Position numbers and translations under genes: made by a program. 64,000 nucleotides of DNA. Origin: Takakia lepidozioides (lineage: Eukaryota; Plantae; Bryophyta). Shown here piece by piece: positions 1 through 11,494 of the stretch. The notes under the pieces were generated by a model. It searched no databases, was not told the origin of the DNA, and saw only the letters and a program-made list of their open reading frames with translations. Each line of letters starts with the position of its first letter. The stretch's first letter is position 1. The DNA lies in assembly GCA_030704615.1 (NCBI GenBank), contig CM060732.1, positions 2,170,001-2,234,000 on the forward strand, in the 5' to 3' direction.

Positions 1-367
1 TGGCGAACCACCACGAAAACCCTCGATTCCCGGTGATGAATCGCGGTGAGTCATGGCCCACCTACCACGGTCCCCTTGGACCCTGATGAGTCCCAAGACT
101 CCCCATGACTCCCACCACAAGGTCTCCGCCCCCATGGTGAGTCCTATGCCACCCCCACTAAGTCCCACTAAGCTACCACCACCCCTTGTGGAGCCACCCC
201 CACCGCAACCCGGTGTGCAGGGCTCCACCTAGTGAGTGCCTCCGCCTCCTCGAGTGCTTTGGGCACTCGAGGTTGCTTCAGCCGTACCTATTGCTGCCAC
301 CGCCCCCACCACAGGGACAGCCCCTCTGCGACCCGACCCCCTGCCCTCAAGGCAAAGGGCCGCGATA
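1..367 (-). repeat. 3' LTR of A1 (partial, cut by window edge)
   Basis: Matches 15484-15853; ends ...GGGCCGCGATA vs ...GGGCCGCGACA; on the internal side it is flanked by a PPT-like tract. Confidence 0.88.
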
Positions 368-406
368 CACACCCCTACCAACAGGGAGTCGATGTCCTCA
401 TCGACT
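368..406 (-). promoter_or_regulatory. Polypurine tract and 8-bp hairpin at the 3' end of the A1 internal region
   Basis: Minus strand reads AGTCGATG-AGGA-CATCGACT...TGGTAGGGGTGTG directly before the LTR. Confidence 0.6.
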
Positions 407-622
407 TGACCATTTTGTAGAAACGAACATCCAAGTTGTGGCGTCCCACATCAAGGAGTTTGTTTCCGCACCATGGCGTCCCATGGCTAAGAACCAAACC
501 CTCACTTGACTCTTCTCTCCACTAGCTAGTTCGGCCGACTTCCTCCAAGTCCCGGCCAAGGGTGGAGCCTCTCAAGCTCCTCCCAGTGCACTCTTCTAGA
601 CCCACTTCAGGGCCAAGGATCG

Positions 623-1642
623 ATGCTAACTGTCTTTCTTAACTATCGTCCCAAGTAGGTGGTCGCATTCCTTTGATCCTCCTCTTCATCTTCTTCTGCC
701 TTTGTATTTGGTATCGTGCACCGCTCGCATATGATACTGCAGAGCTGCTTACTTCATACTTCAGGTGCTATCCTGCTTTGCTTCAATGCTAACAAGTCGA
801 TCTTACATGTATATGCAGACAATCTGGTGGACGGACTGCCCTCTACTACCTGTGATCAACCTCTACTTCTAATCTTCCCGGCATCTTAGTGGAATCGCTC
901 AAGCTTCATTCTACGTGGATACAACTTGCATGCTGGATCCTATGCTCAATGATCCTTATCACCCCTTATGATGCTAGCTAAACATGACCATTCCCTCAAC
1001 GTTAGTTGCTACATTCCTACTTCAAATCTCACATGATTCACATGCCCCATACTTTATCACAGTGAACGCAATCTTTACTTCAGAGCCAAAAACTAGAACA
1101 AAAAGAGAGAGATCACCATCCAGTCTCCACTACTCTTATACTTGGGCTGATCCCTAACTCCACCTTATCCCGCTGTCTCCTTCACGTGATTATTTAATAG
1201 CAAGTCAACAATATTTAAGATCCTACAGCTTTTGGACATCAAGTATGGCGGCCACCGGGTCTTATCCCCCTTTGTGCCACAGGCCCATCTACTTCTAAAG
1301 ATATTCGATTCCCACGTGTTTTGTTTCTCAACCACTCTTTTAGCTGCATGCCACTTGCTAATATTTAATATGGCCACCTGTTCCTAAATTACTGCTGCAT
1401 CTCCTTTATATCCGCGATTTCATCCCATCAATGATAACTTGATCTCACATTTCATCCCTCTGCCAACCCGTCGTTTATCTGGTACTCAATCCATGTTTGA
1501 ATGAAAAATTTGTGATTTCATCCGCTTCTCCTTAACGAAAAATCGCGACTTCATTGCATCCTTGAGCCCCACAAACCCTACGTGCTTTGTCTGTTTCTTG
1601 CATGCCTTCCGTGTTTTGCTCATCACCTCCCTTCGACCTACA
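623..1642 (-). repeat. 3' LTR of B, about 115 bp missing at the outer end
   Basis: Aligns to 10479-11494 (roughly 3% substitutions by eye); no counterpart of 10365-10478. Confidence 0.9.
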
Positions 1643-1688
1643 GGTGTAAGTCCTCCGATTTTAAGCTGTCTGGCCCTCCGGACAACGC

Positions 1689-2860
1689 TCACTCCACCTG
1701 CAGCAACTTTAAATCACGTCGTGATCTGCTCCATTGTTTCCCTCCACCGTCCTGCAATACACAAACTCGATCTGCCTCACTCCTTGTTCCTTCTTGGTGT
1801 TTGTCAACATAGACTTGAAATTTGTATGGTCCCTCCCAAGACGATTCCAAATTTCGCTTCTTCCCTGGTCGGATCATCATCACGAGCTCACCAGGCTGCA
1901 ATTCTGTAAGTCCCTTCCCATGCTTGTATGCTTTCTGTTGTGCTCCCTGTGCAACAGTCACACTGTCCCTTAATGCACCTTCTAGCTCATGTATTATTTG
2001 TATCTTGCCTTCGATCATTTGTTGCATTGATGCCTGATCGTCCTTGAGCTCCACCAACTCGCCAATGCGTCGAAGTCGATTATCGATCCCCAACCTCATC
2101 GTTTTTCCCGTGAGCACCATATATGGTGATATACCTGTGGATGCTTGAATTCCCACACGATACCCAAACGCCGCCTTGTAGAGTGCTCTATCCCATTTCT
2201 TGTTACCTTGTGTACTTAGAGCTAGCATGCTTTCTTTGAGAGAACGAATTAACCGCTCCACCATCCCGTTGCCTTGCGGCCAGTATGGTGCTGACCTTTC
2301 GTGCTTGACTCCAAACTTTGTGCATGTGATTTCGAACTCCTTTGCCCACTCGGATCCATGATTAGTAAGCACCGCATGCGGCACTCCATACCTGTACATT
2401 ACTTGTTCTTCAAAGAAACGACTGGCAAGCTCTGAGGTATGTTCAGCAATTGCAGCTACTTCAATCCACTTTGAAAAGTGATCTATTGCAATTAAAGCAT
2501 ATGTGTTGCCGTCACTCGAGACTGGTAGTGGTCCTGCTGTGTCCAATGCGATTCGATAGAAGATGTCCCTGACAGGTATGCTTTGCAGTTCCTTGGCTCC
2601 TGACCTTAAAGGAATAGAAGTCTTTTGGCAATCTGACACTGGAAACATGTCTTGAGTACTTGTTTGATGATCCTTGTGCGATTGTGCCAAAAAAAACGCT
2701 TGCACACCTCGTTGTGTACTCTTCTAACGCCATAATGTCCAATTTCCTCGTGGATGTCTCGAATAATCCGCTCCCGCTCCTTCTTCTCTGGTACCCATTT
2801 GCCTTTGAAGGTCAGCCTCCCTTTCATCAGTTGATATCCTGCTGTCCTTTTCTTGATTCG
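1689..2860 (-). pseudogene. Integrase of B (frameshifted)
   Basis: HEEIGHYG...FFW...CFQCQ zinc finger in ORF 2606-3793; RIALDTAGPL, IDHFSKWIEV, PQGNGMVER and WEGPY in ORF 1689-2705. Confidence 0.9.
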
Positions 2861-5224
2861 CTTGATCTCCCTGTTGTCAAGGTAGTCATTTGCCTGTCCA
2901 AAGGTAATCATGTGCATAGCCTGCACATCATCCAATATGTCTGCATTGTTTTCTTCCTTTCTTTCTTCAGTATCTTCGCACTCCCATTGGTCTTGCTCTG
3001 CTGCTTGTAAAAGACTAACCTGCATCTCTTTTGTTATAGGACTTCCTCTCTTGCTCACCGTGATGGCCAAGAGCTCGTCTTCTCCCTGTGATTTTGGCTC
3101 CTCTCCTGTTTCACCAGTATCCTTGGAACTCAGGGAGAATTCTTCCCTTTGCCCCTGCCCCCATTCTTCATCTTCTTCAGTAGCGTCATGATCATCTTCT
3201 TCTCTGATTTGTTCTTGCTGCTTTCTCCAATCATCTTTTTCCTGCCCATTATCACTTTCTTGCTTGTTTTCCTCCTTCTCTTGTTCTTGTGCTTCCATCC
3301 CTTGACTCCTTGTCATTACCATGTTTACCCTAGGTATATCATCCCCCATCTTGATGTCAAGCAACCTCTGCAACACTTTGTTCTCGTCCATTCGGTTCTG
3401 ACATTGTGCCCTTTGATGTCTTGGTCTACAATACCAGCAGGCCCTTGGTTGTTCTAGATTCTTTGTTCTGATAGAGTTTGTCTCCTTCTTTAGAGTTCCA
3501 TCACTGCTGTAGATCCCTCGCTTTGGCTTCCTCCATACCCCGTTTAGCTTGGTAAGTTTCCCTTCATCCGCCTGTCCATCACCTTCTTCCCTTTCCATTT
3601 TCACTATCCACTTTAGGCCAACTTGTGTTACATCTCCCTTTTCTTCATCACTCCACTCCCATGCTTTACCGTCAACAGTTTCTCCATCGTTTGTTTGAAT
3701 TTCCACCTCCTTTTTGAAGCTGACTTCTCTTTGATGAACCCTTACTGCTTGTAGATTGTTCTCGCATCTGATGTTGTCAATCCTCTTTGGCAAAACCAGG
3801 TCCTCCCATGCATTTGTACGCCACTTATCATCCTTGCTTGTTGCCTGATTCCAGTTTCCACTTGTTGCTCCTTTGCTTGTCCCCTTTGAAACACTGTGAC
3901 CTTCCCTCTATTTCCCTTTGTTTTGTACTGGCTGGATTTTCTCACCCACTTGTGGCACTTTTGCTTGCAGATCTTGTTCTTCTTTGCTGTCTGCTGATAG
4001 CCTGAAAACAGCTAAGCTTTCCAACTTCTTTCCCTCTTTCCCACCACTCTCAGTGTCATCGTTTGCCGTCATCTCACTCAAAAGCTGATCTCCTTCTGTT
4101 TCCACAATTCTTGCTACTGTTTGACACTCGTTCTTTGTTTGTGCATGCTGTATCATGGTGCCCACATCAGCTCCTGTCCCTGGTCTTCTTATTATGTCAC
4201 ACCCTTCCTGTTCACCATAGTTTGCTTTGTCCTCATGTCTTCCAGTTCCTTTTTCTTCTTCATAGCCCTCTTTCCAATTATTTTGTCGCTCTTCAACAGT
4301 TGCCGATTGGCTATTTTGTTGTATGACAGGAACAGCCTGGTGTTGATTCATCTCATGCACTTTGTTGTTCGTATTTTGCCCTTGCTTCACTGCCTTGTCT
4401 TGCTCGTCATTCCACCAAGATGCTTCCACTGTTGCCAGCACTCTTAGTGGTACATCCTGATCCTTCTTTGTTACAGGTGCAGACCTCACTTGTTGTTTGT
4501 CATCATTGGCGTGCTGTTCTCCCATCCTTGGCCCAGTTGCAGACTGAATTAGCTTCCCTACTCGATGAATTCCCATAGCCTGCTGCCTTGCAGCTCCTCT
4601 CATTGTCCTTGCTACACCTGAAAACAGCTAGGTTTTTTGGTGCCTTCCCTTGATCCTGCTTCCTTCTGCTGTTTTGTTCATTCTTGTTACTGCTTGCTTC
4701 ATGGCTGCCTTCTCCTTTTAACCACCTTTGTTCTTCCAGTGGCCACACCTCATCCTCCTTCGCCTCCTCACCCAATGGTGTTTCTCTTGCTTGCAGGTCT
4801 TGCTCCTCCCTACTGCTTTCAGCCAGCCCTAAGAAAAATAAGTATTCTTGCTCTACTTCCCCTCCTTTGCTCCTGTCTTTCAACCCTTCCTCAGGTCCAG
4901 TGGTAGGCTCCATCTCTCTTTCGTTTGTTGCTTCACCCATAGGCTGTCTCTTCCCTTTTTTTGCTGCACTTTCCACTGGCTGATCCCTTCGTTGGAATGG
5001 TGCAGGACAGACTTGTTTCGAACTCATCTTCATTTGCTGGTCCTTCATATCAATCTCTTCTTCACCACTCAACTCAAAAGCTAAGTCCCCTTTTGTCACT
5101 TCCCTGTTTTGCCTTCCATCACTCATCCTTTCTGTCTCTCTTTTCTTCAGTAATCAACTGCTGTTCATCAATGTGGCTGCTTTGGGCTACTACATGTTCT
5201 TCCTCTTTCTTGGTCTTTTGATCA

Positions 5225-5518
5225 CTAGATTAGCTCAAAATCAAAACCTGTAGTAAGGTCAGCTCCCTTGATTCTTCCCTTATCTCTCCATACCAAGGGC
5301 CTCAAGTCAGTCCTTACTCTGAAAAATACACCAGTTAGTTTTTCTTTGAATTGCCAAAGAGCCCATACCAGTAGATAGTAATGCACCTCTGCCTCTCTTG
5401 TCTTGTCTTCACTAACACTTCTCTCATGTATGGCTATGATAGTGCTGTCAGTGCCCTCTACTCTCATCAACATTGCCCGAGCTATCCCTACAGTGAATGT
5501 AATCTCCAGTTCAAGATA
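5225..5518 (-). pseudogene. Second, degenerate RNase H-like domain of B
   Basis: Collinear with the upstream RH: EVHYYLLVWAL / EGECYALVWGI; LTGVFFRVRTDLRPLVW / LYGTTFIVQTDHKPLEW; GFDFEL / DFDFKI. Confidence 0.6.
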
Positions 5519-5599
5519 AGATTCTCTTCCCATTACTCCCTGATTGATTGATGCATGCTGATTGTGGAGGAAAATATCTGGGTCAGTTCTCTCTTTCTT

Positions 5600-7047
5600 C
5601 CCTTCAACTGGAAACCTACTGAGGGCATCTACATTGCTGTGCTTTATACCTGGCCTGTGTTGGATTTTGAAGTCAAAGTCTTGTAGCATCATGATCCACC
5701 TGCCCCTCCTTCCATAGGCATCGCTTACAGTGGCCAGCCACTCTAGTGGCTTATGATCTGTTTGCACAATGAAGGTGGTACCATATAGTGAAGGATGCCC
5801 CAAACCAAGGCATAACATTCTCCCTCCATAGGATGATATTTCCTTTGAACATCAGAGAGTACTTTGCTTGCATAGGCTATGACCTGCTCTTTTCTTCCCT
5901 CTTTTTGGGAAAGGATAGCACCTACACCTCTCTTGCTCCAGTCCACATCTAGAATGAAAGGTTTGGAGAAATCTGGTCTTACCAGAATTGGAGCTTGTAG
6001 CATCTTCAGCTTGAGGGTCTCGAAGGCATTGTGCGCTTGGTGATTCCATGCAAAAACCTGGTCTTTCTTTGTCAAATCAAAGAGCGGCACCGCTGTATGT
6101 GCATATTCTTTCACATGAGGCCTATAGTACGTTGTGAGACCCAAGTAACTCTTGACTGCGGTGACACTGTTAGGTATTGGAAAATCCTGTATGACTTGGA
6201 CCTTCCTTGGATCTGGTCTTATCCCTTCTCGACTCACCACATGCCCCAGAAATGCTAGTTCTTCATTGCCAAATTCGCACTTGTCTGGATTCAGCCTCAG
6301 ATTGTATTCGCGTAGTTTTTGAAGAACCCCCATGATGTGTTGCACATGACTATCCCATCTTTGACTGTGGATATTAATGTCATCCACAAAAACTTTCACA
6401 TGATCCTTGATTTCTTTAGATAGCATCCTGTTCATCGTCCTTTGAAAAGTTGTTGTGGCGTTCTTCAAACCAAAGGGCATGACAAGCCATTCGTAAAGAC
6501 CTCTCTTGGTTATGATCGCTGTCTTCTTGATATCTTCCTCCTTCATCCTTATCTGCCAAAACCCACTTTGTAAGTCCAATGCTGTAAACCACTGAGAGTT
6601 TCCAAGCTGCTGTAGTACATCTTGCACCAGTGGCATTGGATACGAGTCTCGTCTGGTTTGGGCATTCTATGGTCTGAAGTCTCCGCAAAATCGCTTGCTG
6701 CCATCTTTTTTTGGAGCAAAGGTGACAGGGCATGAATATTCCGAAGAACTTTCCCTTACTTTCCCTTGTTGGATCAACACCTCAATCTGCTTTTGCACTT
6801 CTCCCTCTTCCCATTCCGACAACCTGCTTGGTTGGCTTCTACAAGGTGGAAAGCCTTGAGTGTCTATTGAGTGTTCAGCCTGGTTACATATGCCCAAATC
6901 TGCCTTTGTCAAGGCAAAGGCTGCTTCATTCTCCTTTAGAACCTTCAACAGCTCCTCCTTTTGCTCTTGGCTTAATCTTGGGTTAATCTGTAACCTCCTC
7001 TTTAGCTGATCCCAGCGGTCATCTTCATAGCTTGTAGTGGCAGCCAT
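5600..7047 (-). pseudogene. Reverse transcriptase and RNase H of B
   Basis: KRFCGDFRP*, LDLQSGFWQI, MPFGLKNA, VFVDD, FILDVDWS, TDHKPL, NVDALSR; in-frame stop at 6667 and a frameshift near 5790. Confidence 0.92.
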
Positions 7048-7100
7048 GCACGTAGGTTTTCTTCTGGATACTTTGCTGCCAGAAATATCCTTTGTGCTTC

Positions 7101-9277
7101 TTATTCTTGGTGTCCAATCGTCTTCTGCCAGTCCATGTAGTCATCATCAGAGTCAGCCTCATCCAGCATTTCTGCTTCATAAGCCTTGGCATAAGCTCCT
7201 CTAATAAGCATTTGTGCCATGGTATCATATGCTTCCTTCTCTATCCATTCCATAGAGCCATCATCAGCCAATTCTTCTTCTGCAGATGTTAGCTTATCCA
7301 GGAACTCTTCAATTTCTTCTATGCCAGTGATATCATCTGCAGTTTCCTGCTGCTCACTATCATCTGACGTGCTTCCCTTGTCTTCATCTAGTGAGCTGCT
7401 CTCCCCTTCCTCGTGCATTGGGACCACAGTTGTCATTGCTTCATGGTTGGTCAATAAAATGGAATTTATATCAACAGCTTCATTCTCCTGAGGCTCTACC
7501 CTTAGATGCTCACAAAATTCCTGAAATCTGGTCAGCCCTGCATCCACCCGATTCACTGTATGCAATGGGAAGAACTCTACGTCGTCACCAGGCCCATACC
7601 TGACCCTTAGAGTGTCTGTTTCAGTGTCCACTGCTGCACCAAACTTCTTTAGGAAGTCCAGGCCCAGTAACATGTTGTAGGTATCTGTGTTGACCACCAT
7701 GAATGAGACCTTATTTGTTAGTTTACCCACTGTGATGCTTATATCATCCAATCTGCCCATGGCAGTCTCCACTGCTCCTGAAGCAACTCTGTAAGACATC
7801 TCCTTGTCCACGATTACTGACTTCATCAGTCCAAGATCACGGACTGTACTCGCTGCCATGACGGAGATCATTGCTCCGGTGTCCACTTGTCCCATGACCT
7901 GATAATCCCCAATGGTGACCAAAGCATGCAACGCCCTTACCCTGCCATTATAGGCATATGAAATGTCTGAAGTGCTTCTCTTACCGAACCTGTGCACCAG
8001 TTGGGTTGTCCTTGCTGTAGGCTGAACATTCTCCCTTGACACTGACCTTTCAACAATTTTAACCAAACCTTTCAGCTTCTCGAATTCTCCTGGCACTTGC
8101 AAAATTAGATCCATGGGAGACATAGAGATCCTACCTTTATAGAAATGATTCAAGATCTTCGATCTTCCTGCTCCTGCCTCTGGCCATCTTGGAATTGACA
8201 CTCTGGGCTGCGATGCATTTCGTGGTGGCTGAGTTGTTTCCTTTGATGCTTCTCCTGAAATCGTCCGCTCCATACTTTGAGGGGTTAGTGGTGTAGGTGT
8301 AGGTATTGGAATCCAATTCTTTGGAAGCCTCACTTCGTTGACAGAATCAGGCCCTAGGATGTCATTCAACTCCGCCAAAACCGCTTCCTCATCATCACAC
8401 ATTATCTCCAAGAGGATTGTTGAGGGCATACCTGTTCTTCCTTGCTCCTGCTTAGCCCTACACTCGTGTTCAAAGTGTCCAAGTGTCTTACAGAATCCAC
8501 ATCTCACCCCACATGTCTCCGTTCTGTGCCCTGTTTTGTGACATTTTTCACAAGTAAGAGGGTTTTTTAAATTGGGACAGTATGCAGAAATATGACCTTC
8601 CTTTAGACACGTGTTGCACACCCGTGGTCCACGCGGTGGAGTTCTACTTCCTGAGCTTTTTGGATTTGTAGCTCCTCTCTCAAAATACTTCTTGAGAGTA
8701 ATGTTCAATGCATCGAGTCTTCGGTCAATGGGTGTGTCTGTCACCTTTTGTTCCTGTATCTCTCCTTCAAGAGGTTCCAAAGGGTCTCTCCCAATTTCCC
8801 CAATCCACGCTCCACCTGCAGGGCCGTTTCCAACACATCATCGATGTTGACGAACCTGGTCCCTAGCATGAGTCGCATAATTTCTGGCCTCAGCCCACTT
8901 AGAAATCTTCTCCGCTGCTCCAGATCTGATATTTTTCCTTTGATGAAGAGCTTTGAGATTCGATCATAGTACTCCTGAACTCTCTGTCTGTTTTCCTGTT
9001 TCACAGAATCCAACTTCATCTTCAACTCAGTGGAATCTACCTGCCCATACTTGGCAAATATCATATCCTGAAATTCGTCCCAATTCGTAGGCTTGGGATT
9101 TTGCCTTTCGTACCAGTCATCAGCCTTGCCTAGTAAATTTAACCTAGCCACTTTGAATAACTTATCCTTGTTCAAATCTCTGACATCCCCTATCAGCTGC
9201 AGTTACTCTAACCAATCAGCCACGTCTTCTACCTCCTTACCATAAAATGGCGCGTCTATCCCTGATGGGCTCGTCAT
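7101..9277 (-). pseudogene. gag and aspartic protease of B
   Basis: ATG at 9277 (MTSPSG...), stop at ~9204, LLGKADDWY...FLSGL gag core, CNTCLKEGHISAYC / CEKCHKTGHRTETC / CGFCKTLGHFEHEC knuckles, VDTGA...LLGLDFL protease. Confidence 0.88.
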
Positions 9278-9306
9278 GCCTACTTCTATCCTTTGACTTC
9301 TAGATA

Positions 9307-10300
9307 TTAGTCATGGTGATTGTCAGTTACAGACCATCTCTCCCCATCAAAGTTTTCCTCTCTCCCACTCAGAGTCATCCTTCGCGATAAGACACTCACT
9401 CGCATCCATCTCTCTGATGTTCTGATCCACAGTATAACAGTCATCATGTTGCCTGCATGGGTGATTCTAACACATAAGTCTCCGTTATGAACTGTTTGAG
9501 ATACTTGATAAAACCTTGGTTGAGGGTTGTTGTATGGCAACACACTGTTATCATAGATTATCAAGATGTCACCTATGGTAGGATGTGCAGGAGACAGCAG
9601 CCTATCCTGACTCGTCATCTCAGTAGATCCTTGTCCTCCTTTCTACCTCTCTAGGAGAGTCAAGATACTCCCTATGAACACATTGCCAGCGTCTGATCCT
9701 GCCTCTATCTTCCACTATTTCCCAAACAATCAAGCGACTTACCTCCCCTTGGTGCTCCACTCTGACTAGTTTATCCCTTGCTCTGAATTCTACTATGGTT
9801 CCACTAGGCCAAAGTCTGAGGTCTTCCATTATCTATTCCCTGGACCAGAATGTCACCTGCTCTAGGTAGCTGATGCAAAACTGCTAGTTCTGGATCTATG
9901 TCTTCTAACCTCATAGAGTGTTCGTCTGACATCTTTCACCAGACTGAACTCCTCTTAGCATTGTTTCTTGCTGTTCCTTACTGGCCTTGGAAGTACATCA
10001 GATTCCTTCTGCTGTATACTCTCTTCGAGACCCTAGAGCTCACATGATTTGTCCCTTCAGAATCTACTGCAATCCAAGTAATCCTGTCTTGACTAATCAT
10101 CCAGACCTTTCCCCAAGTATACTCTCCAGTGTGAATGATCCTTATTGCCAAATCTCCTGGCAACCTGTAATTTGAATCTTGAGGGTCAAAGCCTAGCAGT
10201 TCTATGTTAGCAAAACCAACTATTCTAATTACCAAGTCACCCCTTTGTGGTCCAGCACTCAAGTAGTTCTCCCTTGCGTTCCATTGTGTTGAACTCGCGA
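9307..10300 (-). CDS. Three tandem small paralogous ORFs of unknown function in the B 5' leader
   Basis: ORFs 9978-~10300, 9620-9932 (one frameshift) and 9307-9618 share PxxGD[IL][LV] and [IV]R[IV]xHxG-x6-W...W-x2-V motifs; TGA-G-ATG junction at 9616-9622. Confidence 0.55.
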
Positions 10301-10349
10301 GCTGATGATGGGACACCAGCTTTCCTGTTGTTAGTCCACTGTCGACCTG

Positions 10350-10361
10350 GCTCTGATACCA
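10350..10361 (-). promoter_or_regulatory. Primer binding site (tRNA-iMet) of B
   Basis: TGGTATCAGAGC on the minus strand, 3 nt from the LTR end. Confidence 0.9.
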
Positions 10362-10364
10362 AAA

Positions 10365-11494
10365 AGAAAGTCCTAAATCCATACCTGTACAACCCATTAG
10401 TACTCCATCTATACCAGACTGCAGCGGAAGAGAAAACCTGGTCTAAATGGATTATTTGACTTCTTGTTTTGAAGTAGCATGCTAACTGTCTTTCTTAACT
10501 ATCGTCCCAGGTAGGTGGTCACATTCCTTTGATCCTCCTCTTCATCTTCTTCTGCCTTGGTATCGTGCACCGCTCGCATATGACACTGCAGAGCTGCTTA
10601 CTTCATACTTCAGGTGCTATCCTGCTTTGCTTCAATGCTAACAAGTCGATCTTACATGTGTATGCAGACAATCTGGTGGACGGACTGCCCTCTACTACCT
10701 GTGATCAACCTCTACTTCTAATCTTCTCGACATGTTAGTGGAATCGCTCAAGCTTCATTCTACGTGGATACAACTTGCATGCTGGATCCTATGCTCAATG
10801 ATCCTTATCACCCCTTATGATGCTAGCTAAACATGACCATTCCCTCAACGTTAGTTGCTACATTCCTACTTCAAATCTCCACATGATTCACATGCCCCAT
10901 ACTTTATCACAGTGAATGCAGTCTTTACTTCAGAGCCAAAAACTAGAACAAAAAGAGAGAGATCATCATCCAGTCTCCACTACTCTTATACTTGGGCTGA
11001 TCCCTAACTCCACCTTATCCCGCCGTCTCCTTCACGTGATTATTTAATAGCAAGTCAACAATATTTAAGATCCTACAGCTTTTGGACATCAAGTATGGCG
11101 GCGACCGGGTCTTATCCCCCTCTGTGCCACAGGCCCATCAACTTCTAAAAACATACGATTCTCACGTGTATTGTTTCTCAACCACTCTTTTTAGCTGCAT
11201 GCCACTTGCTAATATTTAATATGGCCACCCTGTTCCTAAATTATTGTTACATCTCCTTTATTTCCGTGATTTCATCCCATCAATGATAACTTGATCTCAC
11301 ATTTCATCCCTCTGCCAACCCGTCATTCATCTGGTACTCAATCCATGTTTGAATGAAAAATTGGTGATTTCATTCGCTTCTTCTTAACGAAAAATCGCGA
11401 CTTCATTGCATCATTGAGCCCCACAAACCTTACGTGATTTGTCTGTTTCTTGCATGCCTTCCATGTTTTGCTCATCACCTCCCTTCGACTTACA
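10365..11494 (-). repeat. 5' LTR of B
   Basis: Minus-strand termini TGTAAGTC...GACTTTC(T), an imperfect TIR; adjacent to the PBS; GTTAT (11495-11499) is the expected TSD. Confidence 0.88.

Larger units (their letters stand above)
623..11494 (-). mobile_element. Ty3/gypsy LTR retrotransposon B (non-chromovirus, possibly Phygy/Selgy-like), nested in the A1 integrase
   Basis: ~1-kb direct repeats 623-1642 and 10479-11494; PBS at 10350-10361; gag (3 CCHC knuckles), PR VDTGA, RT VFVDD, RH DVDWS, IN HHCC and GPY motifs; right edge interrupts A1 IN at ...AAEFCYNN. Sub-lineage is tentative. Confidence 0.9.

Noticed and set aside
368-622. Chromodomain of A1, or a LINE fragment (SLALKWV)
   Set aside because: No YLVKW-type motif in any minus frame, and all frames have stops; position next to PPT/LTR fits a 3' UTR
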